This document shows, in pieces, positions 33,732-37,849 of a stretch of DNA of 37,849 nucleotides. Each line of letters starts with the position of its first letter. Position 1 is the stretch's first letter. Source of the stretch: Candidatus Woesearchaeota archaeon (lineage in GTDB: Archaea > Nanobdellota > Nanobdellia > Pacearchaeales > GW2011-AR1); NCBI GenBank assembly GCA_964493655.1, contig CAZBOY010000004.1, forward strand, positions 1-37,849, written 5' to 3'. Under the pieces are notes generated by a model that was not told the DNA's origin, made no database searches, and saw nothing but the letters and a program-made list of their open reading frames with translations. Made by a program: the position numbers and the translations under genes.

Positions 33732-34299
33732 AAAAGCAAATTTCTCTTATGAGAAATTTTCATGTTTTCCAAAACCTTTGCGGTTTTGTAAACGCGGACA
33801 GTTTTTTGCACTTTATTTGTTTGTCTTAACTTTGTTTATGTGTGGTTTGTCTTTTGTTATTTATTCTATTCAACAAGAAGATATGGAGAATACAATTGTG
33901 TCTCCTATGCCTGTGCTTCAACTTCAAGATGAACAAGAGCTTTTTGAAATTTCCGAGGGTGTTTTAATTAAAAATTCTGTTTGTGAGTTTAAATATAGAG
34001 ATTATAATCAAGATTTATCTGAGGAGATTAAACAACAAATATTGTATAGGTATTATGGAGAATTATTTGCTTTTTTATTTGCAGATACTTATAAGACTTC
34101 CACAGATGGAGGCGATTTAGAATTATTAGCAAGTTTCTATAGTGTTAGTCAATCTGGAAAAAATGTTGTTGTTAAAAGAAGAGCAAAGATTAACAGAAAT
34201 TTAATTCCCTTAGAAATAAAAGGAAAGAATAATTTTCCTGTAAAACTTGAATGGGTTTTTGAAAAAACTTATAATATAAATTTGAAGGATTGTTCTTAA
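33721..34299 (+). CDS. Pilin-like protein with the extended conserved leader SCFPKPLRFCKRG
   Basis: MKNKKANFSYEKFSCFPKPLRFCKRG is followed by QFFALYLFVLTLFMCGLSFVIYSI. Confidence 0.65.
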   Translation: MKNKKANFSYEKFSCFPKPLRFCKRGQFFALYLFVLTLFMCGLSFVIYSIQQEDMENTIVSPMPVLQLQDEQELFEISEGVLIKNSVCEFKYRDYNQDLSEEIKQQILYRYYGELFAFLFADTYKTSTDGGDLELLASFYSVSQSGKNVVVKRRAKINRNLIPLEIKGKNNFPVKLEWVFEKTYNINLKDCS

Positions 34300-34300
34300 G

Positions 34301-34435
34301 ATGTCTGATTATGTAGAAGTTGGAAGGAGAAAAACCAAAGGCGATAAAAAAGCTAAGGTGCGGTATAAGATTTACAAGAAAGGCGGGAAGTATCGGAGCA
34401 AAAATGTTGACGAGGGGAAGGGTAAAAAGAAATAA
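34301..34435 (+). CDS. Small Lys-rich basic protein (44 aa, not in the ORF track)
   Basis: MSDYVEVGRRKTKGDKKAKVRYKIYKKGGKYRSKNVDEGKGKKK. The ATG is 2 nt after the upstream stop. Confidence 0.3.
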   Translation: MSDYVEVGRRKTKGDKKAKVRYKIYKKGGKYRSKNVDEGKGKKK

Positions 34436-34466
34436 TTAAAAACAGGGGTTGGTTGTTGTAGATAGG

Positions 34467-34574
34467 ATGAAAATAAGTAAAAAAACATTGGAGATATTGA
34501 ATTATATTGCTCTTATAATAGGTTTTGTAGCCATGGGAATCCTTATTTATGCAATAATAAAAAGTCTTGTTTAA
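34467..34574 (+). CDS. Mini membrane protein (35 aa)
   Basis: MKISKKTLEILNYIALIIGFVAMGILIYAIIKSLV has a single TM helix. This is an ORF prediction only. Confidence 0.3.
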   Translation: MKISKKTLEILNYIALIIGFVAMGILIYAIIKSLV

Positions 34575-34575
34575 A

Positions 34576-34761
34576 ATGCAAGAAGAATTTTTTGATTGGA
34601 GTATTATTGTTTTGAATTATTTAATATTTGTATTGATTTTTATTAGAACCTTGAGGACTGATTGTTTTAATACTTTTGATTTAAGCGTTACATTTATAGG
34701 GCTTGGTGCATCTATTTTATTATTAATAATTAAACTAATCAACAAAAAAAGAGAAAAATGA
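34576..34761 (+). CDS. Small 2-TM membrane protein
   Basis: MQEEFFDWSIIVLNYLIFVLIFIRT...ILLLIIKLINKKREK. It overlaps the peptidase gene by 4 nt. Confidence 0.4.
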   Translation: MQEEFFDWSIIVLNYLIFVLIFIRTLRTDCFNTFDLSVTFIGLGASILLLIIKLINKKREK

Positions 34762-35597
34762 ATTTTTTATTTTGGATGTTTTTAGCTGGAATTGTTGTTG
34801 CGAGTTTGCAGGATTTGAAAAGGAGAGAGGTAGATAATTGGTTGAATTATCTTTTGCTTATTGGTGGGGCTGGTTTTTTAATTTTTGATTCTATTTTTAA
34901 TATGGATTTTAATATTGTCTTAATTGGATTATTTTGCTTTGGGATTATGTTTGTTCTTGGAAATTTGTTTTATTATGGGCGGGTGTTTGCAGGGGGGGAT
35001 GCAAAATTGTTGATTGCAATGTTTGCTCTTTTTGTAGGTTCTTCTTTGATTGCGAGTTTGCAGAACATTGGGATTTTTATAATATTTCTTTTGTTTGGGG
35101 GAGCGGTGTGGGGTGGGGTTTATGGGGGTGGGCTTGTTTTTCTTAATTTTAAGAAATTTACTAATCAATTAAAAATAGAATTTAGAAAATATAAGAGATA
35201 TTATTCTATTTTTTTATTTATCTTTGTTCTGCTTGTGGTTCTTATTTTTCTTGATAATCTTTTTTTGGTATTAGTTTTGTTTTATATTTTGTTTATTTTG
35301 CTTTTTATTTTTGCAAAAGCACTTGAAAATTCTGCAATGCTCCGGCGGGTTAATTCTCGGGATTTACGCGAGGGAGATTGGATTGTTGAAGATGTGCGAA
35401 TTGGAAAGAGAATTGTTAAGTCAAATTGGGAAGGGTTGACTAAAAAAGATTTGGAATTATTAAGGGGGGGGCACAAAAATGTTTTAGTTAAGGAAGGGAT
35501 TCCTTTTGTTCCTGGATTTTTAATTGCTCTTATTTGTTATGGGTTTTTAGCAGAGAGTTTGTTAGAGATTGTTAAGGAATTCTTGGCTTTAATTTAG
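34758..35597 (+). CDS. A24-family prepilin/preflagellin aspartic peptidase (PibD/FlaK/EppA-like)
   Basis: The first catalytic Asp context is VASLQDLKRREVDNW and the second is FAGGDAKLLIAMF (GxGDxK). It is polytopic, with a soluble insert before the last TM. Confidence 0.8.
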   Translation: MNFLFWMFLAGIVVASLQDLKRREVDNWLNYLLLIGGAGFLIFDSIFNMDFNIVLIGLFCFGIMFVLGNLFYYGRVFAGGDAKLLIAMFALFVGSSLIASLQNIGIFIIFLLFGGAVWGGVYGGGLVFLNFKKFTNQLKIEFRKYKRYYSIFLFIFVLLVVLIFLDNLFLVLVLFYILFILLFIFAKALENSAMLRRVNSRDLREGDWIVEDVRIGKRIVKSNWEGLTKKDLELLRGGHKNVLVKEGIPFVPGFLIALICYGFLAESLLEIVKEFLALI

Positions 35598-36165
35598 GCA
35601 AAGATTTTGGTTTTTTAATTTTGGATTTTGCTGGTTTTCTTGGCTTAACTTTTAATTGCTCTTGAAGTTTCTTTAGCTCTTCTTCTGTTGCTTTTTTCCT
35701 TTCTTTTTCATTCCCATAAAGTGGGAGAATTTCTACAATTTTATGCCCGAATATTTCTGTTGAGGAGATTTTTACTTGTTTTGGTTTGAATTTTGATTTT
35801 ATTTTTTTTGCAATTTTGTTTGCAAGTGTAAAAGCTGGTGAAGGAAGTTTATCATGTTCTTTTGAAATAACCAGGGCGTGCCCTTTGCTTAGGGGGTTTA
35901 TTTCTAAAATAGCAAGAGATTTTTTATTTTCATCTATTTTGTAAGAAGGTGTTTTTCCTTCGATAATTGAACAGAAAATGCAATCTTGAGGCAATTTCTG
36001 ATTTTGAGTAGCTTGTTGATTTTTTATAAGTAACTGTTCTAATTGCTTGTTTGAAAAAGCTATTATTTGCTGTTTTGCTTGTTCTTGCTGTTCTGGAGGG
36101 AGATTGGAAATTTGTTTTAGAAGTTGTTCTTTGATTTGTTTTGCTTGTTCGAGGGTTAGTGGCAT
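35572..36165 (-). CDS. HIT-like protein with a degenerate histidine triad, a Q-rich N-terminal extension and a K-rich C-terminal tail
   Basis: HIT-fold start CIFCSIIEGKTPSYKIDENKKSLAILEINPLSKGHALVISKEH. The expected HxHxHxx position reads GHKIVEI. Confidence 0.6.
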   Translation of the reverse strand: MPLTLEQAKQIKEQLLKQISNLPPEQQEQAKQQIIAFSNKQLEQLLIKNQQATQNQKLPQDCIFCSIIEGKTPSYKIDENKKSLAILEINPLSKGHALVISKEHDKLPSPAFTLANKIAKKIKSKFKPKQVKISSTEIFGHKIVEILPLYGNEKERKKATEEELKKLQEQLKVKPRKPAKSKIKKPKSLPKLKPRIP

Positions 36166-36202
36166 ATTTTTATTTAGAGAATAATGTTTATAGGTTTTTG
36201 GG

Positions 36203-36472
36203 TTAAATCAACCTTCGATAATCAATAACATCAACAGAAGAAACTCCTGGCTGTTTCTTGAAAATCTCTACTAAGAATTCCTGGTCTTTTGTTTCTGGCA
36301 TTGAGACAGTTGCAATTAGTGCTTTTAGTCCAAATGCAATAGGCTCTTCTTCATAAGCATTAACTTTGCCTTCTTGAGATTCAATTTCTTTTTGAGCATT
36401 TTGCTTAATTGATTCTAAATCTGTGCTAGGGCTTTCCAGCATTATTTTTATTTTTATTCCTATTGTTCCCAT
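36203..36472 (-). CDS. Archaeal translation elongation factor 1-beta
   Basis: 89 aa, with EPIAFGLKALIATVSMPE and a C-terminal SSVDVIDYRRL typical of aEF-1beta. Confidence 0.85.
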   Translation of the reverse strand: MGTIGIKIKIMLESPSTDLESIKQNAQKEIESQEGKVNAYEEEPIAFGLKALIATVSMPETKDQEFLVEIFKKQPGVSSVDVIDYRRLI

Positions 36473-36559
36473 ATTTGTTTATTTGAATTTTGGTTTATAA
36501 AGTTTTAGATTGAATTTCATCTCAATAATACTTAAAAACTCCGGAAATTCAGTGTAGAT

Positions 36560-37504
36560 ATGCAAAATTATGAGGCGCTTGTTGAGCGAATAGCTGAATC
36601 TGCGAAAATAGAAAAAGAGGAGGTTGAGAGACAGATTGAGGCGAAGAAGGCAAAACTTTCTGGTTTGATTTCTAAAGAAGGAGCTGCTCAAATTGTGGCG
36701 GCGGAGTTGGGGGTTAGTTTTGATAATGTTCAGTTGAAGATTAAAGAACTTATGCCTGGAATGAAAAAAGTTAATTTAATTGGAAAAGTAATTAATTTGT
36801 TTCCGGTTAGAGAGTATAATAAAAATAATCGACAAGGGAAAATTGGAAGTCTTATTATTGCCGATGATACAAGTAATGTTCGGGTTGTTTTGTGGGATAC
36901 AAATCATATTGAGTTAATTGAAAAGAAAAATATCAAGGAAAATGATTTTGTTGAAATAAGCAATGCTATGATGAAAGAGAATGAACTTCATTTAGGGGGA
37001 TTTTCTGAAATTAAAAAAAGCGATAAAATTGTCGAGAATATAAAAACAGAGAGGGTGATGCAGAAAAAAGAAATTAAGGATTTGCAACAGGGAGAGGAGG
37101 TGAGAGTAAAAGGGATTGTTGTGCAGATGTTTAATCCGAGATTTTTTAGTGTTTGTTCTGAGTGTGGAAAAAAAGTTCAAGAAGAGACAGAGGGTTTTGT
37201 TTGTGCAGAGCATGGGAAGGTTCAGTGTAAGGAACGCTCGTTGATGAATTTTGTTTTAGACGATGGGACAGAGACAATTCGTGTTGTGCTTTTTTCAGAT
37301 GAAATTAATAAAATTATCCCTGAAGAAGATTTAAAGGATTTTGAAAAACTTGCGGTTTTTAGGGAGGATTTTTTAGGTTCCGAGTTTTATATAAGTGGGC
37401 TTGTGAAAAGAAATAATTTGTTTAATAATTTAGAACTAACTGGAAGAAGTGTTGAAAAAATTAATGTTGATGAATTGATTGGGGAGTTGGAAGGAAATAA
37501 TTAA
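36560..37504 (+). CDS. RPA-like single-stranded DNA-binding protein (two OB folds with a zinc ribbon)
   Basis: OB-fold pattern VNLIGKVINLFPVREYNKNNRQGKIGSLIIADDTSNVRVVLWD. The second OB fold is interrupted by CSECGKKV...CAEHG. Confidence 0.75.
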   Translation: MQNYEALVERIAESAKIEKEEVERQIEAKKAKLSGLISKEGAAQIVAAELGVSFDNVQLKIKELMPGMKKVNLIGKVINLFPVREYNKNNRQGKIGSLIIADDTSNVRVVLWDTNHIELIEKKNIKENDFVEISNAMMKENELHLGGFSEIKKSDKIVENIKTERVMQKKEIKDLQQGEEVRVKGIVVQMFNPRFFSVCSECGKKVQEETEGFVCAEHGKVQCKERSLMNFVLDDGTETIRVVLFSDEINKIIPEEDLKDFEKLAVFREDFLGSEFYISGLVKRNNLFNNLELTGRSVEKINVDELIGELEGNN

Positions 37505-37528
37505 AAATAGCTTTTGTTTTTTTATTTT

Positions 37529-37813
37529 ATGTTACTTAGAACTCATCTTGTTTTTTCAATTTTGATTGGGGTTTTAATTTTTGATTATCTTGATTCTCCT
37601 TTTTTGTTTCTTGCTTTTCTTTTGTTTGCTACAATAATTATTGATATTGATTCTAGAAAGTCATTTATTGGGAAGAGATGGTATTTTCGCCCTTTGCAGT
37701 GGTTTTTTAATCACCGAGGGATATTTCATACATTTATCTTTGGTTTTGTTCTTTCTGCTATTTTATTTTTTATTAGTGCTAATGCTGGTTTTGGATTTTT
37801 TATTCTCTCCTAA
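37529..37813 (+). CDS. DUF457 (YdjM-like membrane-bound metal-dependent hydrolase), apparently truncated at its 3' end
   Basis: MLLRTHLVFS...IIIDIDSRKS...NHRGIFHT motifs are present. The ORF ends at a TAA inside the right terminal inverted repeat and seems shorter than I recall for this family. Confidence 0.55.
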   Translation: MLLRTHLVFSILIGVLIFDYLDSPFLFLAFLLFATIIIDIDSRKSFIGKRWYFRPLQWFFNHRGIFHTFIFGFVLSAILFFISANAGFGFFILS

Positions 37814-37849
37814 TACCCTACAGCTTGCTGTAGGGATAAAACTATAAAT
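37795..37849. repeat. Right copy of the perfect 55-bp terminal inverted repeat
   Basis: Exact reverse complement of 1-55. It supplies the last codons and the stop codon of the DUF457 ORF. Confidence 0.9.

Noticed and set aside
31383-33795. The repeated ~55-nt segment with hairpins as a CRISPR-like repeat.
   Set aside because: There are only three copies, 0.9-1.4 kb apart. Each is in frame at the 5' end of a long ORF, and the differences are synonymous. I saw no array and no cas genes.
20485-35597. An archaellum (archaeal flagellum) operon.
   Set aside because: I recognised no archaellin-like genes and no FlaH-, FlaF-, FlaG- or FlaC/D/E-like genes. The many heterogeneous pilin-like proteins fit an adhesive type IV pilus-like system better.
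1-37849. A complete linear plasmid or virus genome bounded by terminal inverted repeats.
   Set aside because: The content is dominated by chromosomal housekeeping genes (aEF-1beta, RPA-like, Hef/XPF, M16 peptidase, ureohydrolase). I recognised no capsid, terminase, protein-primed polymerase or replication initiator. The exact 55-bp length matches a common assembler k-mer.

Overview
This is a visibly AT-rich, gene-dense 37.8-kb archaeal window. Archaeal markers are aEF-1beta, a Hef-type helicase with a separate XPF/ERCC4 nuclease, an RPA-like OB-fold/zinc-ribbon protein, a TrmB-family regulator, and TATA-like boxes centred about 25 nt upstream of many start codons (mostly leaderless mRNAs). 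Composition, small genes and degenerate enzymes suggest a small-genome DPANN-type archaeon; that is inference only.

Layout:
- 1-10 kb: housekeeping genes (DUF378, M16 peptidase, ureohydrolase, XPF, TrmB, SMR-like transporter, Hef helicase, a frameshifted EEP nuclease, PRC-barrel protein).
- 10-14 kb: an accessory patch with a RelE-type toxin-antitoxin (TA) pair, a Fic protein and an MNT/HepT pair. It is punctuated by an exact 17-nt GC-rich direct repeat and GC-rich hairpin elements.
- 13.9-19 kb: a surface/membrane module with a lipoprotein, a 783-aa Cys-rich repeat protein, two mini membrane proteins and three tandem paralogous membrane proteins.
- 19.3-35.6 kb: a large type IV pilus-like locus. 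It has a 757-aa T2SSE/FlaI-type ATPase, a 726-aa polytopic platform protein, an A24 prepilin peptidase and about ten proteins with class III signal peptides. An RHH gene and an HTH-NTase/HEPN pair interrupt it.
- 35.6-37.8 kb: housekeeping genes again (HIT-like, aEF-1beta, RPA-like, truncated DUF457).

Most notable observations:
- Three pilin-like proteins share an invariant leader, SCFPKPLRFCKRG, just before the hydrophobic helix. Differences between copies are synonymous only.
- Two intergenic structured repeat families occur: family A has a covarying hairpin, and family B has UUCG-loop hairpins.
- A 17-nt direct repeat brackets the MNT/HepT cassette.
- The window ends in perfect 55-bp terminal inverted repeats, and the right copy truncates a gene.

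I recognised no rRNA, tRNA, CRISPR array, transposase or integrase.
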